Of a stretch of DNA of 64,000 nt, positions 30,282-40,161 are shown in pieces. The number at the start of each line of letters is the position of its first letter. The stretch's first letter is position 1. Under the pieces are notes generated by a model. The model was not told where the DNA came from and ran no database searches. It was given only the letters and a program-made list of their open reading frames with translations. This DNA is from an uncultured Gemmatimonadales bacterium (GTDB taxonomy: Bacteria > Gemmatimonadota > Gemmatimonadetes > Longimicrobiales > Gaopeijiaceae). The DNA is taken from the NCBI GenBank assembly GCA_963823035.1, contig CAWGKG010000011.1, positions 32,001 to 96,000 of the forward strand, read 5' to 3'. The position numbers and the translations under genes were made by a program.

Positions 30282-32206
30282 TCCGGCTCGTCCTCCTCCC
30301 GCTGCTCGCCGGCGCGCTCGCCCTCTACACCTTCTGGATCTACCTGCGCGCCGAGCTGCCGGTCCGTAGCGGGCGACGCCTGGCGGCGCTGCGGAGCGTC
30401 ACGCTCCTCCTTCTCCTCGCGCTCCTCCTCGACCTCCACATTCCCTGGGGTGGCGGTGGGGGTCCCCACGCGCGCTGGGCCCTTCTCGACGGCTCGCTGA
30501 GCATGACGGCCGGCGCGCAGCCGGCGTGGCGCGCGGCGGCCGAGCGCGCCCGTCGGCTCGAGGCCGAGGGATGGACGGTGGTCCGCTTCGGCGACCACGT
30601 CACGCCGGACGGGGGAACCGAGATGGGGGAGGCGCCGGAGGAGTTGCGCACCGCGCTGGCACCCGCCATGTCGCGCGCGGCCGAAGCGGGTGTCACGGAG
30701 GTACGCGTCCTCTCGGACCTGCGCTTCGACGATCCGGTCGAGGTGGCGTCCGCGCTGGCGCTGGCGCGCGTCGCCGTCGGGTTCGATTCCTTCGGCGGCG
30801 AGGTGGTGAACGCGGGCGTCGCGGCGTTCACGGTGCCGGACCAGCTCGAGCGCGGTGAGCCCGTGGAGGGCACGCTGGAGCTGTTCGCCGAGGGAGCTGG
30901 GGACTCGGTCGCCGTCGAGGTCCGCGAAGAGGACCGACTCGTCCTGTCCCGTACCGTGGCCGCGCCGGAGCCGGGCGCGCGCGTGCGCATTCCGCTCGCG
31001 CTGCCGGCCCCACGGGGCGAAGGGCGCCTCCGCTACACGGCGGCCGTTCGGGTGCCCGACGACGGCTTCCCCTCGGACGACCAGGGCGTGGCGTACATGT
31101 CCGCCGGGCACGAGGCAGGCGGGCTCGTGGTGGTCTCGCTCCGGCCGGACTGGGAGCCGCGCGCCCTCCTCGAGGTGCTCGGCGAGGCCACCGGGCTGCG
31201 CGCGACCGGGTACCTGCGCGTGGGGCCGGACCGCTTCGTCCCGATGGGGCGGGCCTACCAGCGGGCTCTGCCGGTCGATTCCACGCGCGTGGCCGCGGCC
31301 GCGCGCGACGCGTCGCTCCTCGTGGTGCACGGTCTCGACCGAGAGACGGACGCCTGGGGTCGCAGGCTCGCCCGGCGCAACGGCCGCACCGTCCTGTGGC
31401 CCCTCGACGCCCAGGGGGCCGCTGCGGTCGATGTCCGAACGGGCGCACCGACGCCGGGCGAGTGGTACCCCGTCCCGGAGACGGCGGCCTCGCCGCTCGC
31501 GGCCGAGCTCGCCGGTGCCCGGTGGCAGGACCTCCCGCCGCTCGGGCCGGTGCTCCCCCTGGTCGACCGGACCCCGTCCGACGCACCGCTCCTCCTCCGT
31601 TTCCGCAGCACGGGGCCGGGCCAGCCCGCCCTCCTGCTCGATCGGGCCGGCACGCGCCGCCGGGCCATCGTGCTCGCCTCGGGCTTCTGGCGGTGGGCGG
31701 CGCGGGGCGGGGAGGGCAGGGACGCCTACCGACGCCTGTGGTCGGGTGTGGCGGGTTGGCTGCTCGCGCAGGATCCGGCGACGGTAGCCGGGGACGTGCG
31801 CCCGGAGTCGTGGGTGGTGGCTCGCGGAGACGCGGTGCGCTGGTGGGTGCCGGGCGAGGAAGGCGACTCCGTGCGCCTGGAGATCCGCGACTCGATACGC
31901 ACGGTGGTGGACACGCTCCTCCCCGCGGGTGCCGGTCGGTCGGTCGGCCGGCTCCCGCCCGGTACGTACCGTTTCACGGCTTCCGCGGCGGACGACCCGA
32001 TGGGGGAGGGGCGCTTCGACGTCGAGGCGCGCACCACCGAGATGCTTCCCCGCCCGACGACGCCGGAGGCGCCGTCCTCCGCGCGCGCCGCATCCGTGGT
32101 CGGCGATCCGGGGCGCCCTCTCAGAACCTCTCCGTGGCCTTATCTTCTGATCCTGGCCCTCCTGTGCGTGGAGTGGATAGGACGCCGGCGGGCCGGGCTG
32201 CGGTAG
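30278..32206 (+). CDS. Membrane-anchored protein with vWA-like DxSxS motif and C-terminal TM
   Basis: Two N-terminal TMs, LLDGSLSM, VLSD, and C-terminal LLILALLCVEWIGRRRAGL; GTGA overlap with the M23 gene. Confidence 0.72.
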   Translation: MIRLVLLPLLAGALALYTFWIYLRAELPVRSGRRLAALRSVTLLLLLALLLDLHIPWGGGGGPHARWALLDGSLSMTAGAQPAWRAAAERARRLEAEGWTVVRFGDHVTPDGGTEMGEAPEELRTALAPAMSRAAEAGVTEVRVLSDLRFDDPVEVASALALARVAVGFDSFGGEVVNAGVAAFTVPDQLERGEPVEGTLELFAEGAGDSVAVEVREEDRLVLSRTVAAPEPGARVRIPLALPAPRGEGRLRYTAAVRVPDDGFPSDDQGVAYMSAGHEAGGLVVVSLRPDWEPRALLEVLGEATGLRATGYLRVGPDRFVPMGRAYQRALPVDSTRVAAAARDASLLVVHGLDRETDAWGRRLARRNGRTVLWPLDAQGAAAVDVRTGAPTPGEWYPVPETAASPLAAELAGARWQDLPPLGPVLPLVDRTPSDAPLLLRFRSTGPGQPALLLDRAGTRRRAIVLASGFWRWAARGGEGRDAYRRLWSGVAGWLLAQDPATVAGDVRPESWVVARGDAVRWWVPGEEGDSVRLEIRDSIRTVVDTLLPAGAGRSVGRLPPGTYRFTASAADDPMGEGRFDVEARTTEMLPRPTTPEAPSSARAASVVGDPGRPLRTSPWPYLLILALLCVEWIGRRRAGLR

Positions 32207-32238
32207 GAAGGAATCCCCGGACCTCATCGCGCGGAGCC

Positions 32239-33159
32239 ATGGCGCGTCTCTTCAAGAAAGCACCGGAGCGGAAGAAGGGCCTCTGGCGGCGGGTCGTGGA
32301 CCTCGCCCTCACGGACGTGCGCGTCCTGGCCGGGGGCATGGACCACGAGTCGCTGGAGACGCTCGAGGAGCGACTCCTGCAGGCCGACTTCGGCGTGCCC
32401 GCCACCCTGCGCCTGGTCGGCCGCGTGGAGGACAGCGCCCGCCGCGGCAAGGTGCGGGGCGCCGAGAGCCTGCGCGACGCGCTCCGCGAGGAGATCCGTG
32501 ACATCCTGGCGCCGGGAGCCGAGGCCCCACTCGCGGCTGCCGACGCGCCGCCGACGGTCTACCTGATCGTGGGGGTGAACGGGGTGGGGAAGACCACGTC
32601 GATCGCCAAGCTCGCCCACCACCTCCGCAAGGAGGGGCGCAGCGTCATGGTGGCGGCGGCGGACACCTTCCGCGCAGGTGCCGTCGAGCAGCTCGGCATC
32701 TGGGCCGAGCGGGTGGGCGCCGCCTTCGTCCGCGGCCAGCAGGGCGGCGACCCGGCTGCGGTGGCGTTCGACGCCATCGAGGCCGCCACGGCCCGCGGCA
32801 CCGACGTGCTCCTCATCGATACGGCCGGAAGGCTGCACACGAACCGCGGCCTCATGGAGGAGCTGCGCAAGATCGATCGCGTCGTGCGCAAGAAGATCGA
32901 GGGCGCCCCGCACGAGACGCTCCTCGTGCTCGACGCCACGGTCGGCCAGAACGCCGTGCGCCAGTTGCAGGCGTTCCGGGAGGCGGTCGACGTCACCGGG
33001 ATCGTCCTCGCCAAGATGGACTCCACCGCCCGCGGGGGGATCGTCGTGTCGCTCCAGGAGGAGTTCGGGGTGCCGGTGAAGCTGGTGGGCGTCGGCGAGG
33101 GCCTCGACGACCTCGAGGCGTTCGACGCCGACGCGTTCGTGGACGGGATCTTCGCGTAG
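32239..33159 (+). CDS. ftsY: SRP receptor FtsY
   Basis: GVNGVGKTTSIAKLA, DTFRAGA, DTAGRLH and KMDSTARGG. Confidence 0.97.
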   Translation: MARLFKKAPERKKGLWRRVVDLALTDVRVLAGGMDHESLETLEERLLQADFGVPATLRLVGRVEDSARRGKVRGAESLRDALREEIRDILAPGAEAPLAAADAPPTVYLIVGVNGVGKTTSIAKLAHHLRKEGRSVMVAAADTFRAGAVEQLGIWAERVGAAFVRGQQGGDPAAVAFDAIEAATARGTDVLLIDTAGRLHTNRGLMEELRKIDRVVRKKIEGAPHETLLVLDATVGQNAVRQLQAFREAVDVTGIVLAKMDSTARGGIVVSLQEEFGVPVKLVGVGEGLDDLEAFDADAFVDGIFA

Positions 33160-33163
33160 CGGA

Positions 33164-35248
33164 ATGGCCGGGTTCTCGCACCTCGACCGGCCGATCCAGT
33201 TCCTCAAGGGGGTGGGCCCGCGCCGCGCCGACGCCTTCGCGACGCTCGGCATCACGACCGCGCGCGAGCTGCTCTACCACGTGCCGCGCCGCTACGACGA
33301 CGCCTCCACCGTGCAGCCGATCCGCGAGCTGCGCGTGGGGATGGACGCGACCGCCATCGGCCGCGTGCGCTCCAAGGGGGTGATCCCGACCCGCAAGGGG
33401 CTGCGGATCTTCCAGGCGGTCCTCCAGGACGACACCGGGATGATCACCGTCGCCTGGCCGGGGCAGGCCTGGCTGGACCGGAAGATCCGCGAGGGCGACG
33501 TGCTGCTGGTGACGGGTCCGGTCCGCTTCTTCCACGGCCATCAGCTCCAGCCTCGCGAGCACACCGTGATCGCGCGAGCCGGCGACCAACCGGCGCGCGC
33601 GGGCACGGTCTTCGTGACCTACCCCGCCTCCGAAGACGTGCCGCAGTGGGTGCTGCGCGGCGTGTTCGAGAAGAACCTGGACGCGCTCCTCTCCTGGGCG
33701 GACGACGACGAATACCTCACGGACGGGGCGCGGGCGGCGCTCGATCTGCCTCGCCTCTCCGAGGCGCTCGCCCTCCTGCATCGGCCGACGGCCCCGACCG
33801 CGGCCCGTGTCGGCCGACGGCGCCTCGCGTTCGACGAGCTCTTCTTCCTCCAGGTCATGCAGGCGCAGGTACGCCACCGCCAGGTCGGCGCCACGCCCGG
33901 GCTGGCGCACGTCCGCACGAACGAGCTGATCCGACCGCTCCACGAGGCGCTGTCCTTCGAGCTCACCGAGGCCCAGGTGCGCGTGCTGAAGGAGGTCTAC
34001 GCGGACATGGCGTCGGAGCGACGCATGAACCGGCTGATCCAGGGCGACGTCGGCTCGGGCAAGACGGTGGTGGCGCTCTTCGCGATGCTGCTGGCCGTGG
34101 AGGGGGGCTCGCAGGCCGCCCTCATGGCGCCCACCGAGATCCTCGCCGAGCAGCACGCGCGCAGGATCGGCGCGCTGCTCGGCCCGCTCGGCGTGGAGGT
34201 GGTGCTCCTTACGGGCGCGCTCGGCGCGGCCGAGCGGAGGCAGGCGCTCGAGGCGATCCGCACGGGCGCGGCGAAGGTCGTGGTGGGCACGCACGCGCTC
34301 ATCCAGGACGCGGTCGCCTTCGCCCGCCTCGGCCTCGTGGTGGTGGACGAGCAGCACCGCTTCGGCGTGCGCCAGAGGATGGCCCTCGCCGACCACGGAG
34401 ACCGGCGCGCCGACGTGCTCGTCATGTCCGCTACGCCGATCCCGCGCTCCCTGGCCATGGCGCTCTACGGCGACCTGGACCTGAGCGTGGTCGACGAGCT
34501 CCCCCCCGGCCGCACGCCGGTGAGGACCGTGCTGCGCGCCCCCGACCGCCGCGACGCGGTCTACGCCTTCGTGGACGCGGAGCTGGAGGCCGGGCGCCAG
34601 GCCTACGTGGTCTACCCCCTGGTCGCCGAGTCCGAGAAGGTCGACCTCCTGGCCGCCACGGAGGAGTTCGCGCGCCTGAGCGCGACCGTGTTCCCGAATC
34701 GGCGCCTGGGCCTCCTGCACGGGCAGCTCCCCTCCGAGGAGAAGGACCGGGTGATGCGAGCCTTCTTCGCCGGAGAGCTGGACCTCCTCGTGGCCACCAC
34801 GGTCATCGAGGTCGGGATCGACGTGCCCAACGCCTCCGTCATGGTGATCGAGCACGCGGAGCGTTTCGGCCTCTCCCAGCTCCACCAGCTCCGGGGTCGG
34901 GTCGGGCGGGGGGCGGCCGAGAGCCACTGCATCCTGGTGGCCGAGCCGGGCGAGGAGGCGGCCGAGCGCCTGAAGGTCCTTCGCGACACGGCGGACGGCT
35001 TCGCGGTGGCGCGCGCCGATCTGCGCATCCGCGGCCAGGGGGACCTCTTCGGCGCGCAGCAGCATGGCACGCCCGCGCTCCGCTTCGCGGACCTTCTGGA
35101 GGACGAGGACCTGCTCGTGCGCGCGCAGGCCGCCGCCCGCGACCTGGTGGAGGGCGACCCCGAGCTGGTGCGTCCGGAGAACGCGGCGGTGAAGGCACAT
35201 CTCGAGGCCCGGTACGCCGGGCGTCTGGAGATGTTCGGCGTCGGGTGA
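33164..35248 (+). CDS. recG: ATP-dependent DNA helicase RecG
   Basis: QGDVGSGKT, DEQHRFGV, SATPIPR and QLHQLRGRVGRG. Confidence 0.97.
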   Translation: MAGFSHLDRPIQFLKGVGPRRADAFATLGITTARELLYHVPRRYDDASTVQPIRELRVGMDATAIGRVRSKGVIPTRKGLRIFQAVLQDDTGMITVAWPGQAWLDRKIREGDVLLVTGPVRFFHGHQLQPREHTVIARAGDQPARAGTVFVTYPASEDVPQWVLRGVFEKNLDALLSWADDDEYLTDGARAALDLPRLSEALALLHRPTAPTAARVGRRRLAFDELFFLQVMQAQVRHRQVGATPGLAHVRTNELIRPLHEALSFELTEAQVRVLKEVYADMASERRMNRLIQGDVGSGKTVVALFAMLLAVEGGSQAALMAPTEILAEQHARRIGALLGPLGVEVVLLTGALGAAERRQALEAIRTGAAKVVVGTHALIQDAVAFARLGLVVVDEQHRFGVRQRMALADHGDRRADVLVMSATPIPRSLAMALYGDLDLSVVDELPPGRTPVRTVLRAPDRRDAVYAFVDAELEAGRQAYVVYPLVAESEKVDLLAATEEFARLSATVFPNRRLGLLHGQLPSEEKDRVMRAFFAGELDLLVATTVIEVGIDVPNASVMVIEHAERFGLSQLHQLRGRVGRGAAESHCILVAEPGEEAAERLKVLRDTADGFAVARADLRIRGQGDLFGAQQHGTPALRFADLLEDEDLLVRAQAAARDLVEGDPELVRPENAAVKAHLEARYAGRLEMFGVG

Positions 35249-35258
35249 TACGCTTCGG

Positions 35259-35285
35259 CGCCCGCGTTTCGAGGCGCGGGCGTTC
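35259..35285 (+). terminator. Hairpin between recG and asnS
   Basis: CGCCCGCG / CGCGGGCG inverted repeat; weak U-tract. Confidence 0.35.
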
Positions 35286-35297
35286 CTCACGAACCGG

Positions 35298-36599
35298 ATG
35301 AGACGGCGGGACATGGTGGAGATCAAGGAGCTGGGCCGGCACGTCGGCGAGGAGGTGACCGTGAAGGGGTGGGTGGAGACCACCCGCGGCCACGGCAAGG
35401 TCGCGTTCACGGTGCTCCGCGACGGGACGGGCATCGCCCAGTGCGTGATGGTGAAGAAGCAGGTCGACGAGCCGGCCTGGGAGGCGCAGGCACTCCTCAC
35501 GCAGGAGTCCGTGGTCTCCGTCACCGGGGAGGTGCGCGCCGACGACCGCGCCCCCGGCGGCTTCGAGATCGGCGTGACGGGGATGGCGGTGATCTCGCTC
35601 GCGCAGGAGTACCCGATCCAGCCCAAGGAGCACGGGGTCGACTTCCTTCTGGACCACCGTCACCTCTGGCTGCGCTCCTCGCAGCAGCGCGCGGGGCTGA
35701 AGGTGCGCGCCGAGGTGGAGCAGGCGATCCACGACTTCTTCTACGGCCGCGGCTTCACGCGCATCGACACGCCCATCCTCACCGGCTCGATCGGCGAGCA
35801 CGCGGGCACGCTCTTCTCCACCGACTACTTCGGGGAGAAGGCCTACCTCGCGCAGACGGGCCAGCTCTACGTCGAGGCGGCCTGTCCGGCGTTCCGGAAG
35901 GTGTACTGCTTCGGGCCGACCTTCCGCGCCGAGAAGTCGAAGACACGCCGCCACCTCACCGAGTTCTGGATGGTGGAGCCCGAGGTCGCGTTCGCCGACT
36001 CGGACGACAACATGCGGCTCCAGGAGGACTTCGTGTCCTACCTGGTCGAGCGCGCGCTCGAGCGCTGCCAGGAGGAGTTGAAGGTGCTCGAGCGGGACAC
36101 CTCGAAGATCGAGCACGTGAAGCCGCCGTTCCCGCGCATCAGCTACACGAAGGCGGTGGAGCGGTTGAACGAGCGCGGCAACGACATCGCGTGGGGCGCC
36201 GACCTGGGCGCGCCGGACGAGCAGCTGCTCACCGAGGACTACGACCTCCCGGTGTTCGTGCACGACTACCCGAAGCAGGCGAAGGCCTTCTACATGAAGG
36301 AGAACCCGGAGGATACGCGCACCGTGCTGTGCGACGACCTCCTGGCGCCGGAGGGCTACGGCGAGATCATCGGCGGGAGCCAGCGTGAGGACGACCTCGA
36401 CCGTCTCCTGGCGCGCATCCGCGAGGAGAAGCTCCCGGAGGAGGCGTACTCCTGGTACCTCGACCTCCGACGCTACGGCACCTTCCCTCATTCCGGCTTC
36501 GGGCTCGGCGTGGAGCGGACCGTCGCCTGGATCACGGGTCGGCACCACATCCGCGAGTTCATCCCCTTCCCGCGGATGATGAACCGCCTCTTCCCCTAG
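35298..36599 (+). CDS. asnS: Asparagine--tRNA ligase
   Basis: RHLWLR, FRAEKSKTRRHLTEFWMVEPE, EIIGGSQRE and GFGLGVERTVAWITG. Confidence 0.93.
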   Translation: MRRRDMVEIKELGRHVGEEVTVKGWVETTRGHGKVAFTVLRDGTGIAQCVMVKKQVDEPAWEAQALLTQESVVSVTGEVRADDRAPGGFEIGVTGMAVISLAQEYPIQPKEHGVDFLLDHRHLWLRSSQQRAGLKVRAEVEQAIHDFFYGRGFTRIDTPILTGSIGEHAGTLFSTDYFGEKAYLAQTGQLYVEAACPAFRKVYCFGPTFRAEKSKTRRHLTEFWMVEPEVAFADSDDNMRLQEDFVSYLVERALERCQEELKVLERDTSKIEHVKPPFPRISYTKAVERLNERGNDIAWGADLGAPDEQLLTEDYDLPVFVHDYPKQAKAFYMKENPEDTRTVLCDDLLAPEGYGEIIGGSQREDDLDRLLARIREEKLPEEAYSWYLDLRRYGTFPHSGFGLGVERTVAWITGRHHIREFIPFPRMMNRLFP

Positions 36600-36616
36600 G
36601 AGCAGGAGCCCGCTCG

Positions 36617-37684
36617 ATGCAGCGTGCCGTCCTGGACATGATGGACCGGCGCCCCGTGTGGGCCTTGCCCGCGTGGGTGCCGGAGCGGATCCGCGACGCC
36701 CTCCCGCCCGAGTGGGAGCTCGTCGTGATCGAGGAGACCACGGACGGCTCGGGGGACGGCGCCGGCCGCGTGGCCCCCTCCGTGCTCGAGGCCGTCGCGG
36801 GAGCGGAGGTCTACTTCGGCTACGGGATCGCCGCCGAGCTGCTGCGTGCCGGGCCCGAGCTGAAATGGGTCCACTCCGGGGCGGCCGGGGTCGGCAGCTC
36901 GCTCACGCCGGAGATGCTCTCCAGCCCGGTGCTGTTCACGAACTCGGCGGGGATCCACGCGCCCCCGATGGCCGAGACCGTGCTGGCGATGATCCTGCAC
37001 TTCGGTCGCGGGCTCGACCACGCGGTCGCGGCCAAGGCGCGCGGCGTCTGGTCGAAGGAGCCCTTCTACGGCGAGGGTTCGCAGCTGCGCGAGATGGGGG
37101 ACACCATCGTCGGGCTGGTCGGCTTCGGGGGGATCGGCCGCGAGGTCGCCCGCCGGGTGGCGAGCCTGGGCTCGCGCGTGATCGCCGTGAAACGCGCCAA
37201 GCCCCAGGGGAGCGAGGGCCGACTCTCGCCGGTCCGCGGGGGCGGGCGCCTCGCCGACCGGATCGAGTTGCTCTACGGCCCCGCCGGGCTCGATACCGTG
37301 CTGCGCGAGGCGGACGTCGTGGTGCTGTGTGCCCCGGAGACCGACGAGACGCGGGGCATGATCGACGCCGACGCCCTGGCGCGCATGAAGGACGGCGCGC
37401 TCCTGGTCAACGTCGGGCGCGGCAAGCTCGTGGACGAGGAGGCGCTCGTCGAGGAGCTGCGCGCGGGGCGGCTCCGGGGTGCGGCGCTCGACGTCTTCGC
37501 CCACGAGCCGCTGGCCGAGGGCCATCCGCTCTGGGGCCTGCCGAACGTCCTGCTCACGCCCCACGTCTCCGCGGTGACGCGGTCCTTCTGGGAGCGGGAG
37601 ACCGCGCTGATCGTCGACAACCTGGAGCGGTGGTCCGCGGGCGAGGAGCTGCGGAACCTGGTGGACAAGCGCGTCGGGTACTGA
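36617..37684 (+). CDS. D-2-hydroxyacid dehydrogenase family protein
   Basis: GFGGIG, NVGRG, LDVFAHEPL and LTPHVS. Confidence 0.92.
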   Translation: MQRAVLDMMDRRPVWALPAWVPERIRDALPPEWELVVIEETTDGSGDGAGRVAPSVLEAVAGAEVYFGYGIAAELLRAGPELKWVHSGAAGVGSSLTPEMLSSPVLFTNSAGIHAPPMAETVLAMILHFGRGLDHAVAAKARGVWSKEPFYGEGSQLREMGDTIVGLVGFGGIGREVARRVASLGSRVIAVKRAKPQGSEGRLSPVRGGGRLADRIELLYGPAGLDTVLREADVVVLCAPETDETRGMIDADALARMKDGALLVNVGRGKLVDEEALVEELRAGRLRGAALDVFAHEPLAEGHPLWGLPNVLLTPHVSAVTRSFWERETALIVDNLERWSAGEELRNLVDKRVGY

Positions 37685-37724
37685 GGGCGGACCACCCCCG
37701 CCCACACCGGGACGCTCCCTGGCC

Positions 37725-38534
37725 TCAGCCTCCGGCCGACTTCCGGTCCTCCGCCTTCAGCTCGTCCCAGAGCCCGTCCAGCACCTCGAGCCCCGCCTCC
37801 TCCATGCGGATCCCGCGCTCGCGTGCGAGCGCCTCCAGCCGCTCGAAGCGTCGACGGAACTTCCGGTTGGCGCGGTCGAGCGCCGTCGTGGCGTGCGCGC
37901 CCGCCAGCCGCGTCAGGTTCACGACGGCGAAGAGGAGGTCGCCGAGCTCCTCGGAGATGGCGCCGGCGTCCCCCGAGGCGAGGGCCTCACGCACCTCCTC
38001 GAGCTCCTCGACGACCTTGTCCCAGGCCCCATGGTGGTCCTCCCAGTCGAAGCCCACCCCGGCCACGCGTTCCTGGATGCGATGCGCCTTCGTGAGGGGA
38101 TCGAGTCCGCTGGCCAGTCCCTCGAGCACGCCCTCTCCCGCCGACCTCTCCGCGGCCTTGAGCGCCTCCCAGGCCCGGCGCTCGCCCTCCCCGAAGATCT
38201 GCGGATGGCGGCGTACCATCTTCTCCTCGAGCCGGGCGTAGACGCCCGCGGCGTCGAGGCGCCCCGCCTCCTCGCCGAGCACGACCTGGAAGGCGAGGTT
38301 GAGGAGGAGGTCTCCGAGCTCACCCTCGAGCTCCGCGTCCTTCCCGTCGCGGATCGCGTCGACCACCTCGTGCGTCTCCTCCAGGAGGTGCGGAACGAGC
38401 GTCTCGGGCGTCTGTGCGCGGTCCCATGGGCAGTGGACGCGCAGGAAGCGGACGAGCGCGAGGGCCCGGTCCAGCTCGCCCGGTCCGTCGAAGCGCGGGG
38501 TCTCGGTGCGGGGGTGCGTTTCGGGTTCGGTCAT
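37725..38534 (-). CDS. mazG: Nucleoside triphosphate pyrophosphohydrolase MazG
   Basis: CPWDRAQT, EETHEVVDA, ELGDLL (twice) and GFDW. Confidence 0.95.
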   Translation of the reverse strand: MTEPETHPRTETPRFDGPGELDRALALVRFLRVHCPWDRAQTPETLVPHLLEETHEVVDAIRDGKDAELEGELGDLLLNLAFQVVLGEEAGRLDAAGVYARLEEKMVRRHPQIFGEGERRAWEALKAAERSAGEGVLEGLASGLDPLTKAHRIQERVAGVGFDWEDHHGAWDKVVEELEEVREALASGDAGAISEELGDLLFAVVNLTRLAGAHATTALDRANRKFRRRFERLEALARERGIRMEEAGLEVLDGLWDELKAEDRKSAGG

Positions 38535-38596
38535 GGAGGGCGCGGCGGGCTCCTTCGGGTTGCTCGGGCGCTCCTTTCTCGCATCTTTCACGGTCT

Positions 38597-39721
38597 ATGT
38601 CAACGGACAGTCGGAGCCGCGCCTGGATGGAGGTCCGGGCCGCCGCGCTGCGCGGCAATCTGGCCCGGATTCGCGCGTCCGTGGGTCCGGGGGTCCGCCT
38701 CGTCCCGATGGTGAAGGCGGACGCGTACGGCACGGGCCTGGCCGGGGCCGTGGCCGCCCTCTCTGTGGAGGACCCCTGGGCGTTCGGCGTCGCCGCCGTG
38801 GAGGAGGGCGTCGCCCTGCGGGCCCTCGGCGTGACCCGCCCGATCTGCGTCTTCAGCCCGGTGCCGCCCGGCTCCGTCGCCGACGCCGTCGCGGCGGGGC
38901 TGACGCTCTCGATCTCGAGCCTGTCCGCCCTGGCGCGATTGCGCGCACAGGCCGGCGGACGAACGCCGGCCTTCCACCTCGAGATCGACACCGGGATGGG
39001 GCGCGCGGGCTTCGACTGGCGAGAGGCGGAGCGCTGGGCCCCGGCGGCGCACGAAGCCCACCGCGACGGCGCCCGTTGGGAAGCGTCGTTCACACACCTG
39101 CACTCCGCCGATGAGGGAACCGACACGGTCGACGAGCAGTGGGCGCGCCTGCAGGACGCGCTGGCGCGGGCCGCGCCGCCGCCGGACGCCCTGGTGCACG
39201 CCCTGAACAGCGCCGGCGCCCTGCGCTGTCCCCGCTACGCGGCCGACGCGGTGCGCCCTGGGATCTTCCTGTACGGGGGCCGGGTGGGCGCCGGGTCGCC
39301 CGCGCCGGAAGAGGTGGCGGCGGTGCGCGCGCGCGTGGTCCACGTGCGCGAGGCACCGGCCGGGACCACGGTCGGCTACGGCGCCACGTACCGGAGCGGT
39401 CGCGACGAGCGATGGGCCACGCTGGCCATCGGATACGGGGACGGGCTGCCCCGATCGCTCGGAAATCGAGGCTCGGCGCTGCTTCGCGGCCGCCGGGTCC
39501 CGATCATCGGACGGATCTCCATGGACGTCACGGTGGTAGACATCAGCGACGTGCCGGGGGTGGAGGCGGGCGAGGTGGCGACGCTCGTGGGCGCCGACGG
39601 CGGAGCGCACATCACCGTGGACGAGGTGGCGCAGCTGGCGGGGACGATCAGTTACGAGGTCCTCACCGGCTTCACGCCCCGCGTGCCGCGCATCTGGCTG
39701 GATGACGAATTTGGAGACTGA
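38597..39721 (+). CDS. alr: Alanine racemase
   Basis: [35 protein letters not shown] and GTISYE. Confidence 0.96.
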   Translation: MSTDSRSRAWMEVRAAALRGNLARIRASVGPGVRLVPMVKADAYGTGLAGAVAALSVEDPWAFGVAAVEEGVALRALGVTRPICVFSPVPPGSVADAVAAGLTLSISSLSALARLRAQAGGRTPAFHLEIDTGMGRAGFDWREAERWAPAAHEAHRDGARWEASFTHLHSADEGTDTVDEQWARLQDALARAAPPPDALVHALNSAGALRCPRYAADAVRPGIFLYGGRVGAGSPAPEEVAAVRARVVHVREAPAGTTVGYGATYRSGRDERWATLAIGYGDGLPRSLGNRGSALLRGRRVPIIGRISMDVTVVDISDVPGVEAGEVATLVGADGGAHITVDEVAQLAGTISYEVLTGFTPRVPRIWLDDEFGD

Positions 39722-40133
39722 CGCCCTGCTGGCCCGGGCCAGGGAGGCGCGGGACCGGGCGCATGCCCCGTACTCCGGCTTCCGCGTGGGCGCCGCGCTG
39801 CTCGCAGAGGACGGCACCACGCACGTGGGGTGCAACGTAGAGAACGCCTCGTACGGTCTCACCGTATGCGCCGAGCGCGCCGCCGTGTGCGCGGCGGTGG
39901 TTGCCGGTGATCGTCATTTCCAGGCGATCGCGATCGTTACGGACGGCAGCGAGGCCGTGACGCCGTGCGGCGCGTGCCGCCAGGTGCTGGCGGAGTTCGC
40001 CCCGGCGCTGCGCATCGTCTCCGAGGCTGGTGGCGAGCGCGTCGAGTGGACGCTGGACGAGCTGTTTCCGGTGCCCTTCCGGGGGCTGCCGACCCGACGA
40101 GAAGGACCGACGAGCGAGGACACGAGGACGTGA
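39702..40133 (+). CDS. cdd: Cytidine deaminase (homotetrameric type)
   Basis: [22 protein letters not shown] and PCGACRQ. Confidence 0.96.
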   Translation: MTNLETDALLARAREARDRAHAPYSGFRVGAALLAEDGTTHVGCNVENASYGLTVCAERAAVCAAVVAGDRHFQAIAIVTDGSEAVTPCGACRQVLAEFAPALRIVSEAGGERVEWTLDELFPVPFRGLPTRREGPTSEDTRT

Positions 40134-40161
40134 GGACCGTGCCGAACCAGAGGAAGACCGC

